A DNA stretch of 64,000 nucleotides. Origin: Hyaloraphidium curvatum SAG 235-1 (taxonomy: Eukaryota; Fungi; Monoblepharomycota). The stretch's first letter is position 1, and every line of letters begins with the position of its first letter. The notes under the pieces are model-generated. The model saw nothing but the letters and a program-made list of their open reading frames with translations, did no database searches and was not told where the DNA came from. The stretch lies in assembly GCA_025558095.1 (NCBI GenBank), contig JAIVFI010000029.1:124001-188000 (forward strand), written 5' to 3'. Both the position numbers and the translations under genes were made by a program. Of the stretch, positions 33,996-45,516 are shown piece after piece.

Positions 33996-35009
33996 TCAAA
34001 AGATCTTGCCGCAGAAGATCTTGTGCTGCGCCCAGTCCTCCTTCTGGCACCGCTCCGAGCAGTAGTGGGCCTTCTTGCACCTCCCGCACCGCTTGAAGTC
34101 GACCTTGGGATCGCCCGAGACGCGGCCGCAGCGATTGCATGCACTCCCGACGTGCTGCTGCCCCTGCTTTGATGGCTTTGCCGTCTGCGCAAGCGCCAGG
34201 GCGCTCTTGTTGGCCAGGGCTGCGATTTCGTCCCCGAGCACGGCCGCGCACGCCTCCGAACAGCGGGGGAGCAAGCTCAATCCGGCCGGGCCGCCGCCCA
34301 AAGGGGGCGGCGTTCCGTACATGGCCGCGCCCTCCAAGTACCGGCGTCCGCAGTTGGCGCAGGCAACGCGGTGTTTGTGAGGCTCAAGGGCATCCAGCCC
34401 GGCTTCGCGTATGATCGGCTAGAGGCGCTGCTGGAGGGCCCCGAAAGCGTGCCCGTCCCCGGCTGCGGAGGCGAGGGCGTCGGCGAGGGTGCGGTCCATC
34501 TCGACGTCCTTGATCTCGCGCAGGACGACGGGTCGATCCCCTCCCGGTTTCGTGCGACGCCCACAGGCGACGATCTCGAAGGGCACCTTGACCTTGGTGC
34601 TCTGCCCGGACGGGCCGCCGCGCACCAGCTCGAGTAGCTCCTCCCTGCCATCGGCGAGCATCTTCTCCGCCACGGTGCGGCACCGCGGGGCGTCTGCGCA
34701 GTGCGGCACGTCGACGACGCTGCAGAACACGGCGCGGGGGCCGCCATGCACCGCCGCGCGGAACGCGTCGCACGACGTGGCGACCGCATCGGTGGGCGCT
34801 CGGCAGTTCCCGCACGCGCGCTGCACGGCCGCCCGGTTCTTGCTGAAAAGGGCTTCGCCGGCGGGGCCGAGCGCCTCCAGCATGCCCGCGCCGCCCGCCA
34901 GCGCCGCGGCGACCGCCCCCGCGGGCGCACGCAGCTTCGAGTCGAATTCGCGAAAGTCTTCGCTCCCGGCCGCGTCGAAAATCGAGTGGAACACGGTGAC
35001 ATTCTCCAT
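33996..35009 (-). pseudogene. zf-MYND protein gene interrupted by one in-frame TAG (34421-34419)
   Basis: The frame reads ALQQRL*PIIREAGLDALEPHKHRVACANC...CNRC...CGRCKKAHYCSERCQKEDWAQHKIFC. Confidence 0.75.
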
Positions 35010-35277
35010 CGCGTTCCGATCCGCAGCGCCGCAGCAAGTAAGTCGCGTCGGGCACCGAGAGAGCGCGACAGGTGGCCTCTTCCGCCCCGGCACCGCACGT
35101 GCCAGATGCAGATATTGCACAGGAGTGTAGTTTTGCGCCGTCAGCAGCTCCTGCAGGAAAGGGCCGGGGGTGATGTGGCGATCGACCGAGCACGCATCTG
35201 AGAGGCCAGGTCACCATCGTGCTTCCCCCATTCACCTTAGTTGACTTTAACTACAGTTGGCTGTTTACGACTTGCGA

Positions 35278-36174
35278 TCACTTTTCCGCGGAGACAAAGT
35301 CCGGGAACGCCGCCGCCCTCATCCGGTCCAGGAACGCCACCAGCGCCGGCCTCTTCCTCACCTCGCCCCTCAGCGGCGACTCCCACGGCCCGTGGTGCAC
35401 GTTCTCCAGCATCCCGAACACGGAGCAGTCCCCCTCGCACGGAACGTCACCCCCGAGGAACTTCTTGCCGGTCAGCAGCCCCGCCAGCGCGTCGAGGTCC
35501 CTGCCGGCGATTTTGAGGATGTCGGCCTCGCTGTGCGCCAGCATCCCGCGGGCTTTGATCCCGTCGACCACGCCGCGGCGGGCCATGGTGTACGCCAGCG
35601 GGCGGAGGAAGCTCGGGACGGAGCCGGCGACGGGGTCCGAGGCGAGCACGTACGAGGCGACGTGGCCGAAGTTGGCGTCGCTCCAGAGCCAGCGGTAGTA
35701 CAGGAAGGCGCGGTAGAAGCTGTCCTCGGTGATGCGGACGGCGGCGTCCGAGGCGGTGCGCTGCGATTCGTCCATCTGGTCCCAGCGGAGCGCGTTCTTC
35801 CACTTTGCAGCCGGGTAGGTGCGCTCCAGGTACCCGATGATGAGCTCCGAGTCGCCGATCACGTTCTTTCCGTGCGAGATGAAGGGTACGTAACCCTTGG
35901 GGCTCGCCAGCGGGCTCCCCTTCACGGTATCGTACTCTAGCCCGGCCAAGTGGAGGTAAGACCGTAGTTTCAGGTCGAAGGGCGAAGCGGTGGGCACGCC
36001 AGGCGCGGCGGGCGCGCTGTGCAGCACGATGCGGTCAGCGGGGTCGCCGCGCTCGGGGGTCGTTGGCGGAGACGGCTTTTTCGGGGCGAGCAGCGTCGGG
36101 AGCAACGCCAGGGCGGCGGCGGCAGCGGCGACGAGCGCGGCGGCGGGAATCGCGAGCGACTGCAGGGCGGACAT
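35278..36174 (-). CDS. Metaxin/FAX-like GST-fold protein with N-terminal anchor, intronless
   Basis: SPFDLKLRSYL, SPKGYVPFI, IGDSELII and FLGGDVPCEGDCSVFGML motifs. Confidence 0.88.
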   Translation of the reverse strand: MSALQSLAIPAAALVAAAAAALALLPTLLAPKKPSPPTTPERGDPADRIVLHSAPAAPGVPTASPFDLKLRSYLHLAGLEYDTVKGSPLASPKGYVPFISHGKNVIGDSELIIGYLERTYPAAKWKNALRWDQMDESQRTASDAAVRITEDSFYRAFLYYRWLWSDANFGHVASYVLASDPVAGSVPSFLRPLAYTMARRGVVDGIKARGMLAHSEADILKIAGRDLDALAGLLTGKKFLGGDVPCEGDCSVFGMLENVHHGPWESPLRGEVRKRPALVAFLDRMRAAAFPDFVSAEK

Positions 36175-36815
36175 GGCGCAGGGTGCGGTGCGGATATCAG
36201 GCCGTGTCCTGCTCCTTTTTGAGCCCCGCCCTTAGCAAACTGGCGGGTCGAAGCGGTTGGTCCGCGGGAGGTTTGGAGATCAGGGCCCAGCGATCGAGTT
36301 GCTCCGCCTGACCGCCAAGGCGCTAAGGCCGGCGGGAGACAGATATGGCCAGAACGCAGACCAACCCCGGCGCTTTCCATCTTGATGATCAGCCGCCTTG
36401 TTATTCAGCTTGTATGTTCGATGTCCACTCGAGCCCCTGGAGCTCTGTCAAACAAGGAGTCAGCTTCGCCGAACATCGACTGACTGCGGGTGACCCGAGC
36501 TCCGCAACATCAGCCTCGGGCCTGTCTTCAAATAACAATGTCCACCAGACGCAGGCCGTTTCCTTCATATGTCGGATTCCCGAGCATCAGAGGTCGCGGA
36601 ACGCCAACCGGCAGGAAGGATGCATGTGCTACGGCGGCCGCCGTCCCTTGATCACCAGGGACCTTCGCATCGCAACAATGACTGCTCGATGGACACTCGC
36701 TGAAGAAGTTGGCATTGGGGTATGCGTGTAACGGAAGTCAGTCACGGGGCAAGAAAGTCAGTCAGTCAATCGCAATCGCTCATCCCCCACAGTACTCCAA
36801 TCCACCGCGAACGCA

Positions 36816-39599
36816 ATGAGCGTCGTCAGCCAGCCGAGGCCCGGCCCGCCCGTTCCGCCCCGGAAGCCGCGGCTCGTTCTCGACCCGGAGGAGCCGGGCG
36901 CGGCGGCTGTTTATGGCACGCAGGGTGGCGCTGGCGACGAAGGAGTGCCGCCGGCCGAGGGGTCCGTTGCCCTGGGATCAACGGCAGCGGAGGCATGGGA
37001 GCACTATCAGCAGGCGCCTTATGCCGATGCCCGACTCCTGACCGGCAACGGCAACCCATTCGGAAGGCCTGCCGCCCAGGATCACGCTGATCAGTTCGGC
37101 GGCCATCAATGGCCCACCAACGAACCGGCACCTCCGCAGCGCCAGGCTTCAGTGGCTCCGTACCACCACTATCTTCACCCCGATCTGGCGGCCCTGCCCA
37201 GCTCGGACCCCTACGCTCCCGAGGCCCCGCAGCCACCCCCTCGCCGGTCCCCCTCCGTGACGCCCACGCGCCCGCGACCGATCGTCCTCGACATATCACA
37301 GTACTCTGCCGGGGCACCCAGCGCGTGCACCTTTGCCGCCCTCGAAGCTGCTTATCAGGCGCTCCTCCTGGGCCGGATGGACGAGGCCTCTGTGCGCAAG
37401 GGCGTGGAGTTCGGCGGTCTCTACTCCGGCGCAGAGCACCCGTTCCTGGACGAGATCCTGCGGGATCATCCGCGCTTTGCCAAGGACCTTGAGACACTGG
37501 CGACGGAGCAGGTGTCCGCTGGGCAGCTCGGCGACACGCTGCGCCGCGCGGCTGCAGAGAATGGCGGGGCGAGGAGGGCGATCGTGCTGGTCAAGGCGCC
37601 CGAGACAATCTGCGTGATCCTAGACGCACGGGCTGGAGAGTACGCTATCTTTGGTAAGTCGGCTGCCTCCTATCCGCCGGCAACCCCTGACAGCATTTGA
37701 TCAGACTCCCACCCGAGGCCCGAGATCGGCATTTACGGAGCGTCCTACACTCCTTACCCGGGCCTCAATGCCCTCACGGAAGCTCTCCTTCGCCTCTTCC
37801 CCCCCGACGACATGCTCGATATCTCCGAGGCGGACCGGATCGCCCTCTCCGGCGCAGAGCTGACGCACTTCCGCGCTAGGCCAGGCACTCCCGCCTCCGC
37901 CGCTTTGTCGCTGGACGTCCGCGACGCACGCGCGGACCTGCTCGAGATGCGGATGGTCGCCACCGAGCGGCGTACGGCGGCGCGGGACCGGGCCAGGGAG
38001 GAAGGCGAGCGGAGGCGGGCGGAGCAGCTGCGCGCGCTCGAGGCGAGGGTGGACGGGCTGGCGAGAACGGTGCGGGAGATGTCGCAGGGAGCTCAAGGGG
38101 GGCGTGCTACGGAGGCGGTTGTGCAGGCGGGACAGCGCAATGCGGCGAAGCTGGCGGAGCTGGAGAGGGTGATGCTCGAGACGGCGGGCGCCATCAGCGA
38201 GCGCATCATGCCGCTCGAGGAAGCGGCTGGACGGTCTGCGGGGCAGATGACGGCTCTGCAGGGGCAGATGACGGCTGTGCAGGGACAGCTGGCCCGGCTG
38301 GCGGCCGAGGTGCGGGCGGCGTCGGAAGACGTTGCCCAAGCCATCGCCACGGCAGCCAGCGCCCCGCCGTCGAGGCCACCGCCGCAGGTTCCTCATCACC
38401 ATGCGCACCCGGATGCGATCCGCATCCCCACTTCTTCCTTCCAAGAGCGGTTCGGCCCCGATCGCCCCTTCACGGGAGACAGCGCCGTCGACCTCTCTCC
38501 TCCATCCCGCTCCCCTCCCGCCCCGCCCTCCAGGCAACCGCCGCCCCGGCCCCTTCAACAACCTGAGGCCGACACTGCTCGCCGCATCCGCGAGCAGCAG
38601 GAGCAGCAGGCCTTGCTCCGTCTTGCGGAGCAGCAGCGCCTCCTCGACGAGCAAGAGCGCCGCGACCGTGAGCTCGCCATGCAGACGCAGGAGCAGTTTG
38701 ACCGGGACGAGGAGCTTGCGATTCGCCTCTCGCAGCGCATCTTTGAATGCGACATTTGCGCCTGCGAACATCCCGTCGATGACGTGTTTCTATTCAGCTC
38801 GGGATGCGCTGGGAATCACATGTACTGCCGCCGGTGCATTTCAGCCCACGTGCGGAGCGAGATGCAGGCGCTGCACATTCCCGTGATCTGCCCCGGGTGC
38901 AAGGCCTCGCCCCAGGGGAGCGGGGCGGCCGTCGGGGAGATGTGCCAAGCGGACGTGGAGCTCGTCCTCGGCGACGGGGACATGCAGCGGTACCTGCAGC
39001 TCTCGCTCGAAATGTGGAAACTAGCTTCGGGGAGAGGCGTGGTGGTTTGCCCGTACCCGGACTGTAGAGGGCTGGTGCTGCTGGAGGAGGAAGACGAGGA
39101 GGAGGTGCACATGGTGTGCCAGGTGGACAACAGCCACGAGTGGTGCCGCAAGTGCGAGGGCGGCAAGTGGCACAATGATTCAACGTGCGAGCAGTACCAG
39201 CAGTGGCTTCAGGAGAACGGGAACGGGGACAGGCTGATGGACGAGCTGTTCAGGGGGAAGGCATGGAAGAGGTGCACGAGCTGCAGGGAGGGTGTAGAAA
39301 AGACCGAGGGGTGAGTCTCAAGCAGCTTCTCTCCGACGATCTGGTAGCTCATGGCCCATCCATTGTTCAGGTGCAATCACATGACCTGGTGGGCTCTAAT
39401 GCGCAGTGCCTTTTACTTGAGCCCGCGCCTTACCTTCGCTCCCTTCCTCAGCCGCTGTGGAGGCCACTTCTGCTACCTGTGTAACACCAACCTCCCTGCC
39501 AATGCGCCCTACGAGCACTTCAGGGAGCCCTCGTCTCCGTGCTACAACAAACTGTTCGACGCAGCGGAGCTGGCGGAATCCGAGGAGGACGAGGAGTAA
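36816..39599 (+). CDS. Fusion of VTD-type (herpes tegument-like) deubiquitinase, coiled coil, MIU-like motifs and RBR E3 ligase; 4 exons
   Basis: Introns at 37654-37704, 39311-39370 and 39389-39451. SQYSAGAPSACT...IF|DSHPRP, RING1 CDIC..HMYCRRC..CPGC, IBR CPYPDC..WCRKC..WH and RING2 EGCNHMTCRCGGHFCYLC. Confidence 0.85.
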
Positions 39600-39726
39600 G
39601 CCATTAGCCATTTTCATGTAGTTGTGAATTGACAGTAATCTTTGTCAAAACTTGGACACTTGAGCACATTTCTGTGCGCAAGCAAGGAACACGTCGTTGT
39701 CCCAGATCTGCCCGCGACCGCCAGCC

Positions 39727-41921
39727 TCAAAGCTTGGCATGCACCGAGTCCGCTCCAGCGCCGTCCTTGAGGCCCCTGTTGTACGCCGCCGCCATCATCG
39801 AGTAGTGCTGAAGGCCGATCGTGGACCCCGTCAGCTCCAAAGCATCAGCGGCCCGCACACGAAACTCACGGTGCTGTCCTTGAACGTCGTCGGGTACTCC
39901 GGGTCCGAAAAGTCGTTCACCGCGCCCCACGCCGCCTGCACGTCCTCCACCGTGTGCGGCAGCTTCAGGAACGCGCCCCTCGCGCGCTGCCACCGCACTT
40001 TGGCCGTCCACCCGCTGCCGCTCTCGTAGATCCCGTTTGTGGTGAAGGTCTCGGGGGAGCAGAGGTACCCGACCACCGGCGCGACGAACTCGGGGCGGAG
40101 CGCTTCGACAGCCTCGGGGGGGAGCACTGTCGCCGTCAGCCGGGTGCCGGCCGAAGGGGCGAGCGTGTTGACCGAGATGTTGGCCGCCGCACCGTGCCCG
40201 GCGAGCTCGGCCGAGAAGCCGACCATGGCCATCTTGGCGGCGGAGTAGTTGGCCTGTCCGAAGTTGCCGTAGAGGCCGACAGAAGAGGCGGTGTTGATGA
40301 GGCGGCCGAAACGCTGCTTGAGGAAGATGGGCCAGGCGGCGCGGGCGACCTTGTAGACGCCCTTGACGTGGACGTCGTGTATGAGCCGCCAATCCTGGTC
40401 CGTCATGCGCTGGAAGCTCTTGTCGCGGAGGATGCCGGCGTTGTTCTGCCGCACGATTCAGACCGGCAATGACAGAGCGACTGCCGCGGCAAGGAAACCC
40501 ACGACGACGATGTCCACGCGACCGAATGCCTTGACAGCTGTGTCGATGATCTTGTCGCCGTCCAGCACCGAGTCGTAGTTGGCCACGGCGACGCCGCCAG
40601 CCTCCCTGATCTCGCGCACCACGGCGTCCGCGGGCCTCTCGGCGCCCTTCTCGGGATCCTCTCCGAACCGCCCTCCACCGAGGTCGTTGACGACCACCTT
40701 GGCCCCGAGCTTCGCAAACATGAGCGCATAAGCGCGACCCAGCCCCGCGCCCGATCCAGTAATGACGGCAACCCGCCCGTCGAACCGCGGCTCGACGGCC
40801 TTGGGGCTCGGCGGCTCCTTCAGCGCCTTCTCCAGCCTCGTCCCGCCCTGCCCCCCTGGCTGCAGCATCACGATTTCGGGGATCTCCGCCTTTCCGAAAT
40901 CGATCACCTCGTCCCACTTCGCGGCCAGGGCGCCGGGGGTGAGGCTGGCGTCGGGCCGGAGCAGGGCGCCCAGGGTGCGCTGCCACCGCGCGCGCGCGAT
41001 CCATCCGCCGCCGACCTCGAAGATGTGGCCGGTGGATTTGCATTCCGGGTGGAGGAGGAAGGCGATGCAGTTGGCGATCCAGAGGGGGTCGTTGTTGGTC
41101 TCGAAGAGGCCAGTGCTGCCGGCCGACGCTGCGGGAGCGGGGGCGCGAGTGGTGTCTGCCGCGTCGCCAGAAAGGCGGGTCGTTGCCATGGGAGAAAGCG
41201 AGTTGCAGCGGATGCCGTGTTTAGCTCCCTCGCGTGCGAGCGTGAGGGTGAAGCCGTGGAGTGCTGCCTTGGCGGCCGAATAGCTGGGCGACGCGCGGAG
41301 GGGGAACATGCCGTACATCCCCGCCGCGCTGGTGATGTTGACGATGGCGGCGCCGCTCTTCTGGGCCTGCATAATGTTCCAGGCAGCCCTAGTGACCTTG
41401 TAGGAGCCCCAGACGTGCGTTTCGTAGACGAGATCCCAGTCCTCGTCTCGGAAGGTCTCAAACGGCTTTGCCCTGGCGATGCCGGCGCACTGTGGGTGGG
41501 GTGGGGGGAAACGGGGAGCAGCGAGGGTGATATGGTGACGATCAGACAGGCCGTATCACGGAGGCCCGCGAGTCTCCCACATTGACGATGATGTCGATGC
41601 GGCCAAACTCCTTCATGCACTGCTCCACGATCTTCTCTCCGTCCGTCACCGAGTCGAAGTTTGCCGCCGCCCTGCCACCCGCGGCGCGGATTTCCTCGGC
41701 GACCTTTGCCGCGGGCTCGGCGGACGCGCCGCGTCCGACGGTGTTTCCGCCGAGGTCGTTGACGAGCACGGTAGCGCCGCGGGAGGCGAGCAGGAGCGCG
41801 GTGGCGCGCCCGATCCCGTGGCCAGAGCCCGTGACAATGGCGACCTTGCCGTCGAACCTTCGGGGCGGCGGTCAGCGACCTCGTGCAGCAACCGCAATCC
41901 TGAGCACCTGAGATTGGCCAT
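39727..41921 (-). CDS. Peroxisomal Fox2/MFE-2-like tandem 3-hydroxyacyl-CoA dehydrogenase (two SDR domains, no hydratase domain), multi-exon
   Basis: Two TGxGxG.G / VNDLGG / YSAAK units, [12 protein letters not shown], and C-terminal PTS1 -AKL. Confidence 0.88.
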
Positions 41922-42045
41922 TTCAGCGTGTCCTTGACTGTGCGATGAGCCGGGGGAGACAATGGTGTTTGCGGACGCGTCTGCCTCCCGCGGCCGCCGT
42001 GCGCGGAACATTCCTCTTTCAAAGCAAGCACTATAACTTCTGATA

Positions 42046-42900
42046 ATGGCCGAGGCGCCCGAGGACGGTCAAACCGGCAGGGTCGCCGCGGGTGTCGACT
42101 TCACGCCGGCAGCCTGGGCCGCGCTCTTCCCCGAGAACCCTCCGCGCCTCCCCCCCGACCTCCCGGAATCCCTCGCCCCGCTGGCGTTCCCCGCCGCTGT
42201 CGCTTACGCCCAGCGGGAGGACCCCATGACGGCCGACCGATTACTGGCGGGGCTCGGAGACTCGCCGCTGTCGCGCTTCCTCGTCAGGCTGCTGCTCTTC
42301 CTCGCTCCACAGGCGCGCTTCCCGGTCGTCCCGTCCCTCGTGAGCTTGGCGGTTCGCGTTTTCTTTGTCGCGCTCGTCTTTGTGTTCAACGATGGGCGGT
42401 TCGGCACGCGCCAGCTGGCGGCCATGGTGGCGGCTTTTGCCGTCCACTGAGGTGGCGTTCCTCCGCGGAGCGGTGTTTGCCAGGTCGCAGAAAGGGTGGC
42501 TCGACGGATCCGACGCGGAACAAAGCAAAGAAAAGGATGAGGAGGCTCCGCGACCCCTGGTCGGTGGACCGCTGGAGGACCATGCGCTGGCTGGCATCGT
42601 CAAGTTTCGAATGCTCGCGGACCTCGGACGAGGAGCAAACGCCGGATCCGACCCGGATCGCGCAGACGAATCTTCTCCCGACGTGTTGCGGACTCACGTT
42701 CCGGGGGACAATTGGTGCTCGTGCCCCCGAAGTTCCTGCACCGGCGGGCTCGCGCGCCGCGCGATCTCGCTCAACTTCGCCGGACGTGGCGCCCTACCGC
42801 TCGCGGTTCCTGGGGCTCCAGGTCAGTTTCGGCAGCGCCGGGATCGGGCTCACGATCGAGATGGCCTGCCGTGTAGCCGTTGCAATTAAGAATCCAATCC
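42046..42900 (+). pseudogene. Frameshifted, truncated paralogue of the 31299-32958 membrane protein
   Basis: FTPAAWAALFP..EDPMT versus FSPRAWLALLP..ADPMT, and HVPGDNWCSCPRSSCTG versus HVEGDAECSCPRPGCAG. These two blocks lie in different frames. Confidence 0.7.
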
Positions 42901-43056
42901 GATCCATCCGCCGGCATCCGGCCGCGCATGGAACAGTTCCGGATGAGTGGCAATGGATCGCGTAGATTCGGCCTCAAGATGCCTCGGGCGCAACCTCAAA
43001 ACAGGCGGTGATTGGGACCGCGGTCACTCCTCCCGGGCGCTCAAACGCGTCATCCG

Positions 43057-43686
43057 ATGTGCCCCACCGCCCCTGCCGCCGCCCTCCTCCTCTCCCTCCT
43101 CTCGCGCACGCCCGCGCTGCCCGCCCTCCGCGCCCTCTCCCGCCTCTCCCCGCCCCTGCCGCCGCACTACCTCGCCGGCGGCTGCGTGCGCAACCCCGTC
43201 TGGGCGGCGCTGTTCCGCCCGTGCGCGCTGCGGATCAACGACTTCGACGTGGCGTTCTACGACCCGGAGGGGGGGAGGGAGCAGGAATCCGCCGCAAAGG
43301 CGGAGCTGGAGTCTCTGTTCCCCGGCTCCGTCTTCGACGTGAAGAACCAGTTCTCGTTCGGACGGTGGCGGCCGCGAAAGGACCACCGCCCCGGCGTGCC
43401 GCCCTATTCATCGGCCGAGGACGGCATCTCGGACTGGCTCCACACCGCGACGGCCGTCGGCCTGCGCCTCGAGACCGCCGCCTCCCCGCCTGCGATCCCC
43501 GGCACCGTCCTCGTGGAACACGGGGGGGAAACCGTTCGGGTGCTGGCGCCGTACGGGCTGGAGGACCTGCTCCGCGGGGTGGTGAGGGCAGTCCCCCCAC
43601 ACGCGCGGTCGACGGCGGCAAGAGACAAGGCGCGGACGTTCCTGGCCGCGTGTCCGGGGCTGCTGCTCGCGCGGCCGGATGGTTGA
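43057..43686 (+). CDS. DUF925-like nucleotidyltransferase family protein, intronless
   Basis: LAGGCVRNPVW, DFDVAFYD, VKNQ, TATAVG and APYGLEDLL motifs. Confidence 0.85.
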   Translation: MCPTAPAAALLLSLLSRTPALPALRALSRLSPPLPPHYLAGGCVRNPVWAALFRPCALRINDFDVAFYDPEGGREQESAAKAELESLFPGSVFDVKNQFSFGRWRPRKDHRPGVPPYSSAEDGISDWLHTATAVGLRLETAASPPAIPGTVLVEHGGETVRVLAPYGLEDLLRGVVRAVPPHARSTAARDKARTFLAACPGLLLARPDG

Positions 43687-43738
43687 ATAATTGACACATG
43701 CTGGAGGTGGGCTGCATCTGCCGCTGCGGCCGTCTAGT

Positions 43739-45516
43739 CTAGATCGCAAGGGCCACGAGCACCGCCGCCCCCATCGCCCCCGCGAGCCCCGCCGAAACCC
43801 CCCTCCCCGCCCCGCCGGGCCTCGACGTCGTGGTTGCAGTCGCCGTCACCGTCGCGGTGACCGTCGCCCAGGGCGTCGTGACGGTGGTCGCGCACGTCAC
43901 GGGCGGGTACGCAGGCGGCACCGTCCGCGTGGCGACCGCCGGCGCGGTGTACAGCGGGCCGGGGAAGACGTTGATGTCTGCCGCGGATCCCTGGATGCCT
44001 GTGCCGGGAAGCGGGGTGTTAGCGTGCCGTGGGTGATCCGCACCACGCGCGCAAGGTTCACCGGAACTGCACCCCACGCTCCCCGCGAACCCGACCCTGT
44101 TGTTGGCCCGGTCGAAGAACACGATCTTGGACTGGAACGTCGGGTCGCCGAAGATCGTGATCCCCCCGTTCTGCCCGCTCGGCGCGACCGCGAGCCCCAT
44201 CTCGACGCACGACTGCCCCGAGACCCCCGCGGGGCAGGCGACCTGCTCCGCCAGGACAAGCGCGGTGGGATCGATCTCGACGTTGGCGGACCCGCCGCCC
44301 GAGGGCGAGGCGAAGGTGAAGGAGAGACGGGAGGGGCCGAAGGTCACTTGGTCGCAGGCGACGACGATGCGCGTCCCGCCGGCCTGCCAGAACTGTTGGA
44401 CCGTCGAGGCGGGGACCTGCGGGCCGAACTTGACGAACGAGGCGGACTGCATGGCCGAGATGATGGTGGCGAATTCCTGGGCGTGCGGGAACGGTGTGGG
44501 GGCCAGCCAGCGAGCGGCCCCGTTCGGGCACCCACATTGTTGCCAAAGACCAGCAGGGTGGTTCCCGAGTCGACGATCGCGGGCGCGTTGGGGCCCCACG
44601 GGATCGTGGCGACCTGCTTGCCGTCCACCAGCGCCGCCTGCGCGTTGACGGCGTAGTACCCGCTGGCGTTGTTGTACTGCGAGCCGTCCAGCAGCTGGGC
44701 AAACGAGAAGTTTGTCGCCATGAACCTCGAGTCGGCCCCGCCGAGCCAGATGTTGCCGCCGCCGGCGGCGCCGCCCGCGCCGCAGAGCTGCAGCGCGAAG
44801 CCGTTGGGCATCTGCGTGGAGGGGGTGCCGGGGCCGGCGCTGCCGCCGGGCTGCATGAAGGGGCGCAGCAGCGGCACGAGCGGGCAGCTGTTGACCTGCG
44901 CGCACTCGACGGCCGTGCCGAGGCCCCAGATGCCCTGGTTCCCGCAGAAGCCGTCGAAGAAGCCGTACGCCGAGGTGATTGCTGCCACGTAGAAGTTGGA
45001 CACGCTGGCGGCGGGCCCCTGCGTGCTCCACGCGTAGGCGACGGTGTTCGGGGACAGCACGGCGGTCCAGTTGGACGGCTCGTTGGGCGTGCCATAGTCC
45101 TGGTCGTACGTCAGCGTGTCGTTCGGCCCCAATTTCAGCGGGTCCGGGGGCGTATTGCAGCCGACGAAGGCGCCGGCGGCGTTCTGCGACAGCGCGGGGC
45201 ACTGCGACGACGGCACGGCGAGCACCGACGAGCCCGTGTCGACGATCACGGTGTACGACGCGCCGGCGACGCGCAGCGGGGCGTTGTAGCCGCAGTCGGC
45301 CGACCCGCCGAGCGGCGAGTACGCCACGGATTGGCCGCTCGGCAGCTGCCGCGTCGACCACGGCCCGCCCGCCACATTCCCGCCGGCCCGCGCCTCCAGG
45401 CGAGCAGCTTGGCCGGGGGCGCCGTGGAAGCGCGGGCGGAACGCGTCGGCCGGGGGGGAAAGCACGAGGATGGCGGCGAAGAGGGCGGCAACGCGGACGC
45501 GCGTGACTCGCCCCAT
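43739..45516 (-). CDS. Secreted A1 aspartic protease with Thr-rich stalk and GPI/TM tail; 3 exons
   Basis: Signal peptide, VDTGSS and VDSGTT catalytic motifs, IFGD and FFDRANNRVGFA. Confidence 0.92.

Noticed and set aside
34419-34421. Genome-wide TAG reassignment
   Set aside because: TAG is the evident terminator of other genes here (e.g. 8576-8578, 21265-21263, 58208-58210).
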